Source: Candidatus Pacebacteria bacterium CG10_big_fil_rev_8_21_14_0_10_56_10 (lineage in GTDB: Bacteria > Patescibacteriota > Microgenomatia > UBA1400 > PJMF01). From it: 52,671 nt of DNA. Where the stretch lies: contig PFDK01000009.1 in NCBI GenBank assembly GCA_002772645.1, positions 1 to 52,671 of the forward strand, given 5' to 3'. Positions 18,675 through 28,158 of the stretch are shown piece by piece; within the stretch, counting starts at the first letter, position 1, and each line of letters starts with the position of its first letter. The translations under genes and the position numbers were made by a program. The notes beneath the pieces are model-generated. The model did no database searches, was not told the origin of the DNA, and saw only the letters and a list, made by a program, of their open reading frames with translations.

Positions 18675-19898
18675 GTGTCCGTTTTGCCGTCGCCCGTCGC
18701 CCGCCCGCCATCTTCGTCGGTGTTGCCTTCACCGCTTTCATTACCGCCGCCGCCTTCACTGCCACCGCCTGACTGTCGAGCTTGGGTGGCCTGGTGGTCG
18801 GTGCCGGGGATTGGTTGGCGAAGCTTTGCCGGTCTGCTGGCGTACGCCCGCCGTCACCGCACCTCACTGCGGCGGTTGTGGTCACGGCCCGGCCGCTGGG
18901 AAGCAGCCGGCCTGACTGCCAGTCAACAAGCCGCGGTCAAGACTTGGCAGTCCAGCCAGAGCATAGACGACTATTGGCAGCAACTGGAGGCGGCCGACAT
19001 CACCGTAACTTGTTTGGGCAGTTCGGACTACCCGCCGCTGCTGGCTGAGATCGACGACCCGCCGTGGGTGCTGTTCATCAAAGGTGAGTGGCCGATCAAG
19101 CTGTCACTGCCAATCGCGGTAGTCGGAACCAGGCGGCCCACTCTGTACGGCCGTCAGGCGGCCGTCCGACTGGTCACCGAGCTGGTCGCCGCCGGGGCCG
19201 GCATCGTTTCCGGGTTTATGTTCGGGATAGATGTGCTGGCCCACCAGACAGCGCTCCGCCAGCGGGGGAGGACGGTGGGCGTGCTGGGCTACGGGTTTGA
19301 TCGCGTCTACCCACCCTCGTTTAGCCGGGTGTTGGCCGAGTACGCTGATCAGCGTCCGAACATGACTTTTATCAGCGAGTACGCGCCGTTTGTGCCGGCC
19401 CGCCGCTACACTTTTCGGCAGCGCAACCGGATTATCGCCGGTCTCAGCCTGGCTACTTTGGTTGTCGAGGCCGGGGTGAGGAGCGGCACCCAGATCACTG
19501 CCCGTTTAGCCGGTCAATACGGTCGGGAAGTGGCCGCCGTTCCCAGCCCGATTACCAGTCCGTACTGCGCCGGCACTGCCAACCTGATCAATCAGGGGGC
19601 GCTGCTGACTGAGGACGCCGGCCGTCTCTTGACGGAGCTGGGGGTGGGTAGCGGACGGCGGTTGACCGGTAGTTTGGTGTTTGGCGAGAGGGCGGAAGCT
19701 GACGAGCAGTCGGCTGGTCCTGAAGAAGTCTCGCTGGACCTAATCCGCCTGTTTCAGGACGGCCCGCTGACCAGTGAGTATCTCTCGGCTATCACCAACC
19801 TTTCGATCACCCAAGTCAACGTCGAGCTCACCAGACTGGAACTGCTAGGCGTCGTCACCAGACAGGGAAGTTGCTGGTCGTTGTCGACTCGCTCCTAG
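18675..19898 (+). CDS. dprA: DNA-processing protein DprA
   Basis: GIDVLAHQTAL, RNRIIAGLS and VVEAGVRSG motifs; GTG start uncertain. Confidence 0.85.
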   Translation: MSVLPSPVARPPSSSVLPSPLSLPPPPSLPPPDCRAWVAWWSVPGIGWRSFAGLLAYARRHRTSLRRLWSRPGRWEAAGLTASQQAAVKTWQSSQSIDDYWQQLEAADITVTCLGSSDYPPLLAEIDDPPWVLFIKGEWPIKLSLPIAVVGTRRPTLYGRQAAVRLVTELVAAGAGIVSGFMFGIDVLAHQTALRQRGRTVGVLGYGFDRVYPPSFSRVLAEYADQRPNMTFISEYAPFVPARRYTFRQRNRIIAGLSLATLVVEAGVRSGTQITARLAGQYGREVAAVPSPITSPYCAGTANLINQGALLTEDAGRLLTELGVGSGRRLTGSLVFGERAEADEQSAGPEEVSLDLIRLFQDGPLTSEYLSAITNLSITQVNVELTRLELLGVVTRQGSCWSLSTRS

Positions 19899-19944
19899 AG
19901 CTTAAGAAAACGGTTCTATCAACTATAGTGTAAGATAAGACGCT

Positions 19945-22203
19945 ATGCGCCTCGTTATCGTCGAGTCACCTACCAAAGCCCGCAAACTTGGTCAGTACTT
20001 GGGCGGCGACTACACCGTCAAAGCTTCGGTGGGCCACGTTCGCGACCTGCCCAAAAGCAAGCTGGGTGTAGATGTTGACAACGGCTTCCAGCCGACCTAT
20101 GTTCTCAGTCCCGACAAAAAGGAGGTGATGGCCCAGTTGAGCAAACTGGCCAAAAAAGCCAGCGCCATTTACCTGGCTACCGACCCCGACCGCGAGGGCG
20201 AAGCGATCGCCTGGCACGTCCTTGAAGTCCTCCATGAACACGACTCACTGGACCGGCGCAAGTTTAAGCGGTCAGTGTTTCACGAGATCACTAAGCCGGC
20301 GGTGCTCAAGGCGATCAACCATCCTCAGCGGCTCAACATGGACCTGGTCGATGCTCAGCAAGCACGGCGAGTGCTCGACCGGTTGGTCGGGTACCAAGTC
20401 TCGCCGGTGTTGTGGAAGAAAGTCAGGCGGGGACTGTCGGCCGGCCGTGTCCAGTCGGTAGCTCTGCGACTGATCGTTGAACGGGAACGCCAGATCGAGG
20501 CTTTCCAGCCCCAGGAGTATTGGGAGCTGGACGTACTGCTGGGGGTTAACAATGACGCCGATTCCCACCCGCCCAAACTGCTCAAGGACGACACCGCTGC
20601 CGACAAGCCTAGTTGGCTGGACCAGCCGCCGGCCGCGGCCCTGATAGGGCGAGTCACCCATCTCAACGATCGGCTTTACGAGCCTAAAGATGAACGCAGT
20701 GTCAAGCCGGTGATCGAGTGTTTGGCTGATGCCGAGTACCGCGTCGAGCAGGTGGAGCGCAAGGAGCGACGTCGTTCCAGCTTACCGCCGTTCATAACTT
20801 CCACTCTTCAGCAAAGTGCCGCCAGCCGCTTGCACATGACTAGCCGACAAACCATGCGCCTGGCCCAACAGCTTTACGAAGAAGGTTTAATCACCTATCA
20901 CCGGACCGACTCGGTCAGCTTGGCCAAGCAAGCCATCGCCATGGCCCGTGACTTCATTGGCCAGGAGTACGGCCGGCAGTTCTTGCCCAATCAGCCGCGC
21001 CGCTTCAAGAGCAGCAGCAAAAATGCTCAGGAGGCGCACGAGGCTATTCGCGTCACCAACGTTAAACTGCGCGGCGACGCCATCAAACAGCACGGTCCCA
21101 AACTGACCGGCCGCCACGTCCAGCTCTACGACCTGATCTGGCGCCGCTTCGTGGCCAGTCAGATGGCGACTGCTGTGTATGACCAGACGGCGGTGACGAT
21201 CAAGGCTGAGATCAGCGGTGGGACCGGAACCCAAGCCGCCGGGGCCAAAACCCAAGCCGACAAAAACGCTCCGGCACCGCCGCGCTCCGCTACCCTCAAG
21301 GCCACTGGCTCGGTCCTTAAGTTTGCCGGCTGGATGAAGCTGTTTACCGGCAGCGGTGATCGTGTCCTGCCCGAGGTGGTTGCCGACCAGCCGCTGTTCT
21401 ATCGGCAACTGCTGGCCGCCCAGAAATTTACCCAGCCGCCGCCTCGCTACAACGACGCCTCGCTCGTCAAAGAGCTTGAGAAACGCGGTATCGGCCGGCC
21501 CAGTACCTACGCTTCGATCATCTCGGTGATCGAGGACCGCGGCTACGTTAGCCGTGAACAGCGCCGTTTCACCGCTACTCCGGTGGGTATGACTGTCAGC
21601 GACTTTTTACTCAAACACTTTTCGGACATCATGGACTACGACTTCACTGCCGAGATGGAAGAGGACCTGGATCGGATTGCCCGCGGCGAGAAGGAGTGGC
21701 AAAGCATCATCAAAGCTTTCTACCGGCCGCTCCACCGGCAGATCGAGCACGTTGAGGAAACTGCCGAGCGGGCCAAGATCCCGGTCGAGAAGACGGGGGA
21801 GCAGTGTCCGGTGTGCGGCCCCAGCGAGCACGGCGAAGTGGTTATCAGGAGCGGCAAGTACGGCAAGTTTCGCAGTTGTAGCCGATTTCCCGACTGTGAC
21901 TACACCGAGACGATTGTCGACAAACTTGAGGGAGTGAACTGTCCGCTTTGCCGGCAGGGGGACGTCATCATCAAGCCGTCGCGGTGGGGAAAGTCGTTTT
22001 ACGGTTGTAGCCGCTACCCCGACTGTGACTGGGCCAGCTGGAAACAGCCCCGGCCTGGTGAGATAATTACCCAGGCCGCCTGGAAAAAGCAACAGGCCGA
22101 GCGGGCCGAGCGCCAGAAACAGCGCCAGCAGCGCCGCAAAAAAACCGGAAAGAAAACGGCTAGGGGAACCGGCAGAAAATCCGGCGGAAAATCGCCAAAG
22201 TAA
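19945..22203 (+). CDS. topA: DNA topoisomerase I
   Basis: MRLVIVESPTKA Toprim start, ITYHRTDS active-site Tyr region, C4 zinc ribbons, Lys-rich tail. Confidence 0.95.
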   Translation: MRLVIVESPTKARKLGQYLGGDYTVKASVGHVRDLPKSKLGVDVDNGFQPTYVLSPDKKEVMAQLSKLAKKASAIYLATDPDREGEAIAWHVLEVLHEHDSLDRRKFKRSVFHEITKPAVLKAINHPQRLNMDLVDAQQARRVLDRLVGYQVSPVLWKKVRRGLSAGRVQSVALRLIVERERQIEAFQPQEYWELDVLLGVNNDADSHPPKLLKDDTAADKPSWLDQPPAAALIGRVTHLNDRLYEPKDERSVKPVIECLADAEYRVEQVERKERRRSSLPPFITSTLQQSAASRLHMTSRQTMRLAQQLYEEGLITYHRTDSVSLAKQAIAMARDFIGQEYGRQFLPNQPRRFKSSSKNAQEAHEAIRVTNVKLRGDAIKQHGPKLTGRHVQLYDLIWRRFVASQMATAVYDQTAVTIKAEISGGTGTQAAGAKTQADKNAPAPPRSATLKATGSVLKFAGWMKLFTGSGDRVLPEVVADQPLFYRQLLAAQKFTQPPPRYNDASLVKELEKRGIGRPSTYASIISVIEDRGYVSREQRRFTATPVGMTVSDFLLKHFSDIMDYDFTAEMEEDLDRIARGEKEWQSIIKAFYRPLHRQIEHVEETAERAKIPVEKTGEQCPVCGPSEHGEVVIRSGKYGKFRSCSRFPDCDYTETIVDKLEGVNCPLCRQGDVIIKPSRWGKSFYGCSRYPDCDWASWKQPRPGEIITQAAWKKQQAERAERQKQRQQRRKKTGKKTARGTGRKSGGKSPK

Positions 22204-22233
22204 CGTTAAACACCAAGTCTCTTCAGTACTTCC

Positions 22234-22875
22234 ATGGCGCATATTGCTCTTTTTGGCGGGGCCTTTGACCCGCCGCACCTCGGCCACCAGCAGATCGTGG
22301 CGTACCTGCTCGAGCAGCTGATAGCCGACCAAGTGTGGCTGGTGCCGGTAGGCCGGCACAGTTTTGACAAGCAGTTGTCGCCGGCCGAGCACCGGTTGGC
22401 GATGGTTGAGCTGGCCATGTCGAGGCTTGAACAACAGTACCCTGAGCGGGCAGATCAGTTCCGCGTCGAGCACTACGAACTGGACAGCGGCCAAGTAGCC
22501 CGAACGTACCAGACTATCAAGGCCCTGGCGCGACAGTACCCAGAGCACCAGCTGTCCTGGGTGATCGGTTCGGACAACTTAGCCGGGTTTGAGCGCTGGG
22601 ACAACTATCGTCAACTGCTGACCGAGCACCCCGTCTACGTCTATCCCCGCCAGGGGTATCCGCTCCACCACCTCTTGCTCGGCATGGAGGCGCTGGACGA
22701 GGCGCCGACCGTCCGGGCCTCTTCTCAACACTTGAGACAGATGGCCGCCGCCGGCCGCGACATTACCGACTGGGTGCCGCCGCTGGTGGCCGAGTACATT
22801 GACCATCACGGGTTGTATCGTCACCATTCGCCCGAGTTAGGGCGTCGGGATTTGGCTACCGCTCACCAGCGGTGA
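22234..22875 (+). CDS. nadD: Nicotinate-nucleotide adenylyltransferase
   Basis: GGAFDPPHLGH motif. Confidence 0.85.
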   Translation: MAHIALFGGAFDPPHLGHQQIVAYLLEQLIADQVWLVPVGRHSFDKQLSPAEHRLAMVELAMSRLEQQYPERADQFRVEHYELDSGQVARTYQTIKALARQYPEHQLSWVIGSDNLAGFERWDNYRQLLTEHPVYVYPRQGYPLHHLLLGMEALDEAPTVRASSQHLRQMAAAGRDITDWVPPLVAEYIDHHGLYRHHSPELGRRDLATAHQR

Positions 22876-22920
22876 GTGCGAAGCTGTCAACAGGAAAAAT
22901 GTTAGTATAAAGCTCTAGTT

Positions 22921-23184
22921 ATGACTGAGTATTCTTACAAAAGTGCCGCCGAGCTAGCACGTAAAACCGGGCTGACTTTGGAAGAAGCAGGATCTGCCTG
23001 GAAAAGCTGGAACTATCAACCACCCACTGATCCGGAGGAGCTGCGCAGATTCACTAATAAGTCCAGTAGGTTCGAGCATGGAGTGAGAGGACTTAACCAG
23101 GATCTCAGCACAGGCCGAATTACAGAAGATGAGTATTTCCAGAAAATAGCGGAGCTTAAAAAAGAGATTTACGGCCAGAGCTAG
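22921..23184 (+). CDS. Hypothetical small protein (AT-richer than neighbours)
   Basis: 87-aa ORF with no recognisable motif. Confidence 0.4.
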   Translation: MTEYSYKSAAELARKTGLTLEEAGSAWKSWNYQPPTDPEELRRFTNKSSRFEHGVRGLNQDLSTGRITEDEYFQKIAELKKEIYGQS

Positions 23185-23207
23185 GCAACCAGCTTATACT
23201 AATAGTA

Positions 23208-24113
23208 ATGACAACAGTTGGCCCTAGTGACGATCTTAGCTTGCCTGACCCCACTCGGGCCGCCGACCAGATCGTCGCTTTCATCAAGCGCACCTTCACC
23301 GAGCAGGACAAACACACCGCCGTGATCGGTGTGTCCGGCGGGATCGACTCGGCGACCTCGTTGACGCTAGCTTGCCGCGCCCTCGGCCCGGCACAGGTGG
23401 TGGCGGTAACGATGCCTGACGGCGATCAGCCCACCGCCGACGCCCAATCAGTCCTCGAGTTCAATGCCGTCTCGGCCGCTCACCGGTTGACAATCAACAT
23501 CAAGCCGATGGTCGACAGTACTGTCCGGCAGCTGCCCGACCCTCCCGACCGGTACCGTCGCGGCAACATTGCCGCTCGCTGTCGGATGATGGTGCTGTAC
23601 GACACGGCGCTGGCCCGCCGCGCCCTGGTCTGCGGCACCGAGAACAAGTCCGAGTACTACCTGGGGTACTTCACTCGCTACGGCGACGAGGCCTCAGACC
23701 TGGAGCCGATTGTCCATCTTTGGAAAACGCAGGTCAGCTTGCTGGCCGAGCACTTAGGTCTGCCCGAGCGCATCCGTGCTAAGCCGCCGTCGGCCGATCT
23801 GTGGACCAATCAGACCGACCAGCAGGAGCTCGGCTTTAGTTACCGGCAGGCCGATCCGATCTTGGCGGCGCTGGAGCGCTACCTGAACGACAACCAGCTG
23901 GACACGCGACAACTGGCAGAAGGTCCGGCAGTCCGCCAAGCTTTTATTGACCATTGGCAGGGTAAGTCAAGACAACAAGGGCAGCCCGAAAGAAAGCAGC
24001 CAGGCCCAGACCGGCCGTCTACCGCCCTGGTCAGCAGTGTTGTTGCCCGAATAGCTGCTCAGGACTTCAAGCACCGGGTCCCGTACCGGCTGACGGCGGC
24101 TGACGACGATTAA
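23208..24113 (+). CDS. nadE: NAD+ synthetase
   Basis: PP-loop VIGVSGGIDSA. Confidence 0.85.
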   Translation: MTTVGPSDDLSLPDPTRAADQIVAFIKRTFTEQDKHTAVIGVSGGIDSATSLTLACRALGPAQVVAVTMPDGDQPTADAQSVLEFNAVSAAHRLTINIKPMVDSTVRQLPDPPDRYRRGNIAARCRMMVLYDTALARRALVCGTENKSEYYLGYFTRYGDEASDLEPIVHLWKTQVSLLAEHLGLPERIRAKPPSADLWTNQTDQQELGFSYRQADPILAALERYLNDNQLDTRQLAEGPAVRQAFIDHWQGKSRQQGQPERKQPGPDRPSTALVSSVVARIAAQDFKHRVPYRLTAADDD

Positions 24114-24159
24114 CCGCCGCTAAGTCCAGCGTCTTGACCAGGCTTGGTATACTCGAGGC

Positions 24160-25431
24160 ATGTCGGTCAGCCGGCCAGAAAACCATCGATATCTTGGGGG
24201 CCAAGAATGGCAGAAGTTGCTGAGGCGCGATCAAGATGTTCGCCAAGGTCTTCACCTGCCGTTCCAGACCAGGTTAGCGCTAGCCTCCCAGACTAGAGGA
24301 CTGCCGGCAGAACTGCGCCAAAATGTGAGCAGACTGATCAAGGCAGCCGAGAACAACTTCTTGTCGGCAGTCAGCTCAGAGTACGAGGAGCTGCTGAATA
24401 TTCTTGAACTCGGCGATCACCAATTAAGCCCAGCCAGCAAAACCGCTCTCCGCCAAGCTGTTCAGGATTACTTGGCTGACGAACTGCGGCGGACCCCTCG
24501 CTGTCCCCATATTGACTACTTGGCGACAGAGGGGGAGATTAAGCGCCAGTCGCAAGACTACCGGATTTCTAGCTCACTTCAAACTAAGCTGCAAGGGTTG
24601 GTGGAACTGCTTAACCAAGAACGTTTTGACGACGCCAGCCGCGTCTATGAGGGGCTGGTCTACTGGCCGGAAGCCAGAAACTTGAGGCCGGTTTGGCAGC
24701 TGTACATGGTTTACTGCCGCTACTTGGCAGGTTGGCAGACGCGCTACCTCGGCTCCAACCCGACCGAAGATAGTCAGGACGCGACACTTTTGCGCCAGAG
24801 GTTCGGAGCAGAAGGACCATGGTACGCCACCTGGTGGATTGAGTACCTCAACAGCTGGAGAAAAGCCATCGACTACAGCTTCAACTCAGACTTGGAACGG
24901 TTAGACCTTGAGTACCGGGTTCTCAGAGACGCGCTGAGCAGAGACGCGAGCGCGGACAGGGGCGAAAAACAGCGCTCGGCACTGATGAACCGGAAAATCG
25001 ACAAAAACTCGTCTTTACTTGCCGAAAGGCTCCCCGAGCCGTTGCTCTCACCGTCGGTGTTGAGAGTTTTTACCGAGGTGGCCCTGCCTTCTATGGTCGA
25101 GTACCTGCGGTTGTTTGACAGGCTGCCTGACCTAGCAGAAGATAGCAGCCATCTTAAAGAAACTTACCTTGGTTTTCTGGTTGACCTGGTTGAGTGGTGC
25201 ATTAAGCTGGTCGAAGATTCGGGTGTCCAGCTCGACGAAAAACATCGCCAGCTCGAGAGGATGATTGACGGGTCGCGAATACGCCGACCTTTGCCGGAGG
25301 CTTGGTGGGCGACTCTCAAAAAAGTTAAGTTAGGGAGAATAGCGGCCAGTATTTCTGACCAAGCTGCTGTTCGGCAACAACTAATCAGCCACCGCAATCA
25401 GCTTCTCAAGAATGAAGGGGCCGTAGTTTAA
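24160..25431 (+). CDS. Hypothetical helical protein
   Basis: 423-aa ORF with coding-like composition; no motif recognised. Confidence 0.5.
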   Translation: MSVSRPENHRYLGGQEWQKLLRRDQDVRQGLHLPFQTRLALASQTRGLPAELRQNVSRLIKAAENNFLSAVSSEYEELLNILELGDHQLSPASKTALRQAVQDYLADELRRTPRCPHIDYLATEGEIKRQSQDYRISSSLQTKLQGLVELLNQERFDDASRVYEGLVYWPEARNLRPVWQLYMVYCRYLAGWQTRYLGSNPTEDSQDATLLRQRFGAEGPWYATWWIEYLNSWRKAIDYSFNSDLERLDLEYRVLRDALSRDASADRGEKQRSALMNRKIDKNSSLLAERLPEPLLSPSVLRVFTEVALPSMVEYLRLFDRLPDLAEDSSHLKETYLGFLVDLVEWCIKLVEDSGVQLDEKHRQLERMIDGSRIRRPLPEAWWATLKKVKLGRIAASISDQAAVRQQLISHRNQLLKNEGAVV

Positions 25432-25432
25432 C

Positions 25433-26092
25433 TTGCATAGTAGTAATATCGAACTACTCCAGTCCCTTTGGCTGCTCGGCGTGTATACTGCTAGAGTGCA
25501 TTTTCAAGACCGGACCTTGACCAAGCCGGACCAAGTTAACCGGCTCATCAAGCAGCTGCGCCGGCAGGGCCGACAGATCGTGCTCACCCAGGGCACCTTT
25601 GATATGGTTCACATTGGCCACGCCCGCTACTGCCAGGAGGCTAAGCGTCACGGCGATGTCTTGATCGTTGGCGTGGACAGTGATGACAAGGTTCGCCGCC
25701 GAAAAGGGCCCGATCGGCCGGTGGTGCCGCAGGCGGAACGGCTGGAAATGTTAGCCTACCTAAAACCCGTAGACTACGTGGTGTTAAAAGAGCAGGGCGC
25801 GCCCAAGCATTCGCTGATCAAGCTGATCAGACCCGACGTTTTAGTTGCAACTAAAGAGACCTATACATCAGATAAAATTAAGTATTTAGAACAATTTTGC
25901 ATCAAAGTAGTAGTCCTGGATCCGATGGCTACCACCAGCACCAGCGCCAAGCTGCGGATGATGCAGATCGGCATGGCCCAAAAGATCAGCGACACGCTCA
26001 GCAATAGATTGACGCGCAGTATTGAAGAGGCGTTAGCGGAACTGCGCGGCGAAAGGGGAGAGCACCATGGCAAAGCCGGCAAAGCAAGGTGA
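25433..26092 (+). CDS. Cytidylyl/adenylyltransferase-family nucleotidyltransferase (RfaE domain II / TagD-like)
   Basis: TQGTFDMVHIGHARY (HxGH) followed by LIVGVDSDDKV..KGPDRPV; TTG start. Confidence 0.7.
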   Translation: MHSSNIELLQSLWLLGVYTARVHFQDRTLTKPDQVNRLIKQLRRQGRQIVLTQGTFDMVHIGHARYCQEAKRHGDVLIVGVDSDDKVRRRKGPDRPVVPQAERLEMLAYLKPVDYVVLKEQGAPKHSLIKLIRPDVLVATKETYTSDKIKYLEQFCIKVVVLDPMATTSTSAKLRMMQIGMAQKISDTLSNRLTRSIEEALAELRGERGEHHGKAGKAR

Positions 26093-27068
26093 GGTTGGTG
26101 CCGAAACCGGAGTGACGGTCGGGACTGATCCGACCAGCGAAACCGAACCGGTCGACGGATCCGTCACTACCGGTAGTCAAGCCATTTTGGCGTACGTGCC
26201 GGTTCTTCATCAGGGTTACGTCCAGTTGTTTGAGCAGTACCCGCGGGCCGAGATTTGGCTGTTGGGGCGGGGATTTACACAACGGTGGCGGCCGCTGCAA
26301 AAAGACATCCGGGCGGTGGCACCCGAAAAGGTTCAGGCTGCCCTCGAGGGGATCTGGCCGCGGCGGCCGGTCCGGCTGGTCGAGGACGAAACAGCTTTGG
26401 GCGAGCTGATGGCTGAGGCGGCGGCCGCGGGCTGGGAGCGGCTGATCATGCCCAACGAAGAGATCATGACTGAGCTGGCGGCACAGCTGAAGATGCAGTT
26501 AAAGGAGCGGCTTAGTACCGCCCACCTTGACTTGCCCAAAATTGAACTCAAGTCAATATTTTTGCGCTGGGACCGGGCCCGCTCATCGGCCGAGCAGCAG
26601 TTGGAGGACGATCTGGCTGTCAGCACTGCTCCCATTGATCGCAAGTTTATGCGTTCAGCTCGTCGTCAAGCCGAGCTCAGCAGTGACTGGTGGCGTCAAG
26701 TTGGGGCGGTGCTGGTCAAAGACGGCCAAATTATTGCCCAGGACCACAATCACCACCTCCCCAGCGAGCACCAGCCGTACATCGAGGGCGACCCTCGGGC
26801 GGACTTCAGCCGCGGCCAAGAGATCGACAAAACAACAGCCCAACACGCCGAGGCAGGAGTGATCTCCCAGGCGGCCCGCGCCGGTGAGAGTACCGCCGGC
26901 ACCGATCTGTACGTCACCACTTTTCCGTGTCCGGTCTGCGCTAAACTGGTGGCCGAGAGTGGCATCAAGCGATTGTTTTTCGCGGAAGGCTACACCCTGT
27001 TGGACGGCCGCCGGGTGCTGGAAAGCCAGGGGGTGGAGTTGGTTCGGGTGGAAGTTTTGGGATCCTAG
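26067..27068 (+). CDS. dCMP/cytidine deaminase-family protein with a ~190-aa N-terminal domain of unknown function
   Basis: C-terminal HAEAGVIS ... PCPVCAKL zinc motifs; N-terminal part unassigned. Confidence 0.7.
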   Translation: MAKPAKQGEVGAETGVTVGTDPTSETEPVDGSVTTGSQAILAYVPVLHQGYVQLFEQYPRAEIWLLGRGFTQRWRPLQKDIRAVAPEKVQAALEGIWPRRPVRLVEDETALGELMAEAAAAGWERLIMPNEEIMTELAAQLKMQLKERLSTAHLDLPKIELKSIFLRWDRARSSAEQQLEDDLAVSTAPIDRKFMRSARRQAELSSDWWRQVGAVLVKDGQIIAQDHNHHLPSEHQPYIEGDPRADFSRGQEIDKTTAQHAEAGVISQAARAGESTAGTDLYVTTFPCPVCAKLVAESGIKRLFFAEGYTLLDGRRVLESQGVELVRVEVLGS

Positions 27069-27199
27069 GTAGGGCCACCGGCTGCGAGTTAAAGATGGCA
27101 GAGGTTGCGTCTCAACGATCAATCAGATTACCTGCTGGCCCGGAGTTGAGCGCCGGATTGAGATTGAGGGGCGAGGAAAGTTAGGAGTGTTTTTTAAGC

Positions 27200-27409
27200 A
27201 AGCCCCTAGGGAATAATTTCTTTGGGGTGTTTTTTTGGCGCGCATTTTCCGTGGGCCATTAGTGGGCCATTAGTGGGCCATTAGTGGGCCGAAAGTGGGC
27301 CGAAAGTGGGCCGTTTTGGCCCACGCGCTTTAAGTGAGTTTTTTTTAGATATGCCAAGAAAAAATGCCAACTGGAAAGAAACGTAAAAAATCAAAAAAAC
27401 GCGAAAGTA
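27200..27409 (-). mobile_element. GGCCCAC-iteron MITE-like element, copy 3 (six 11-bp units; right TIR degenerate)
   Basis: GTGGGCC at 27251, 27262, 27273, 27284, 27295, 27306, then GTTTTGGCCCAC; flanking modules collinear with other copies; ends ..GCGAAAGTA. Confidence 0.9.
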
Positions 27410-27418
27410 TGGATGTGC

Positions 27419-27850
27419 TCACTCGACTGATCTTACCTCTAGCTCCCGACACTGTCGTAGCCGACGGTCACCGGTAACGAACTGGTCGGCTTTTACTTCG
27501 AGAGCAGAAGCAAGTTGCAGGCTATCCGGCACCCGAAAGCCGTACCGTCTCCGCAGCCGGGCGGCAGTGACGGCAATGGCCATGTCCATCCCAATAATTT
27601 TCAGGTTAGGGGTTTCAAGCAAGCGCCGGTACAGAGTGTCCACTTCCTCCTCTGTCATCTTGATCGACAGCAACTCGGTAACGGTCAGGGTGCTGGTGAC
27701 TGCGGTAACTTGGGTTGTCGTCAGCCGAGCAAAGATGTCCTGAGCAGTTTGGCCAAAGTCAGGGTGGTCTTGAAAAAAATAAATAAAGATGTTGGTGTCC
27801 AGGAAAAGCAAAGGCTTAGATTTCACGCCATTCGCTCCTGAGTTTGTCAA
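27419..27850 (-). CDS. vapC: PIN-domain toxin VapC
   Basis: LLFLDTNIFIYFF start region and conserved acidic residues. Confidence 0.8.
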   Translation of the reverse strand: MTNSGANGVKSKPLLFLDTNIFIYFFQDHPDFGQTAQDIFARLTTTQVTAVTSTLTVTELLSIKMTEEEVDTLYRRLLETPNLKIIGMDMAIAVTAARLRRRYGFRVPDSLQLASALEVKADQFVTGDRRLRQCRELEVRSVE

Positions 27851-28058
27851 ACTGATGGGCGGCGTCCGCTGGCCAGCTGTTTTTCATCAGGCCATAGCTG
27901 GAATCGAGCCAACTTTTTGGGGGAACTGTTAAGGCTATGGTTTTATCATCCAGCGCGTACACGCAGACTTGTCTGCCAGGTTTAAGTTCGGGGATTTTTT
28001 TCCGTACTTCCAAGGGAATGACAACTTGGTTTTTTGAACCAATAGTAACTTGTTTCAT
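27816..28058 (-). CDS. vapB: AbrB/MazE/SpoVT-family antitoxin VapB
   Basis: MKQVTIGSKNQVVIPLEVRKKI swapped-hairpin motif. Confidence 0.8.
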   Translation of the reverse strand: MKQVTIGSKNQVVIPLEVRKKIPELKPGRQVCVYALDDKTIALTVPPKSWLDSSYGLMKNSWPADAAHQFDKLRSEWREI

Positions 28059-28125
28059 AGTATGTCAAATATACCATAAAATGACATACCGATCAATCCG
28101 CTCAACTGGACTTCTTTTGGACTGC

Positions 28126-28157
28126 TTTTAGTAGATGTGTTGCCAAGTAAGAAAGGG
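28126..28157 (-). repeat. Possible degenerate relic of the iteron element (TTTAGATATGCCAAGAAA module)
   Basis: TTTTAGTAGATGTGTTGCCAAGTAAGAAAGGG vs element TTTTTTAGATATGCCAAGAAAAT; short, imperfect match. Confidence 0.3.
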
Positions 28158-28158
28158 C

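Noticed and set aside
27251-27324. The regularly spaced GTGGGCC repeats could be mistaken for a CRISPR array
   Set aside because: Units are 7 bp with 4-bp fixed spacers (11-bp period), with no unique spacers of 25-40 bp. The array is embedded in a repeated element, and no cas genes are present.
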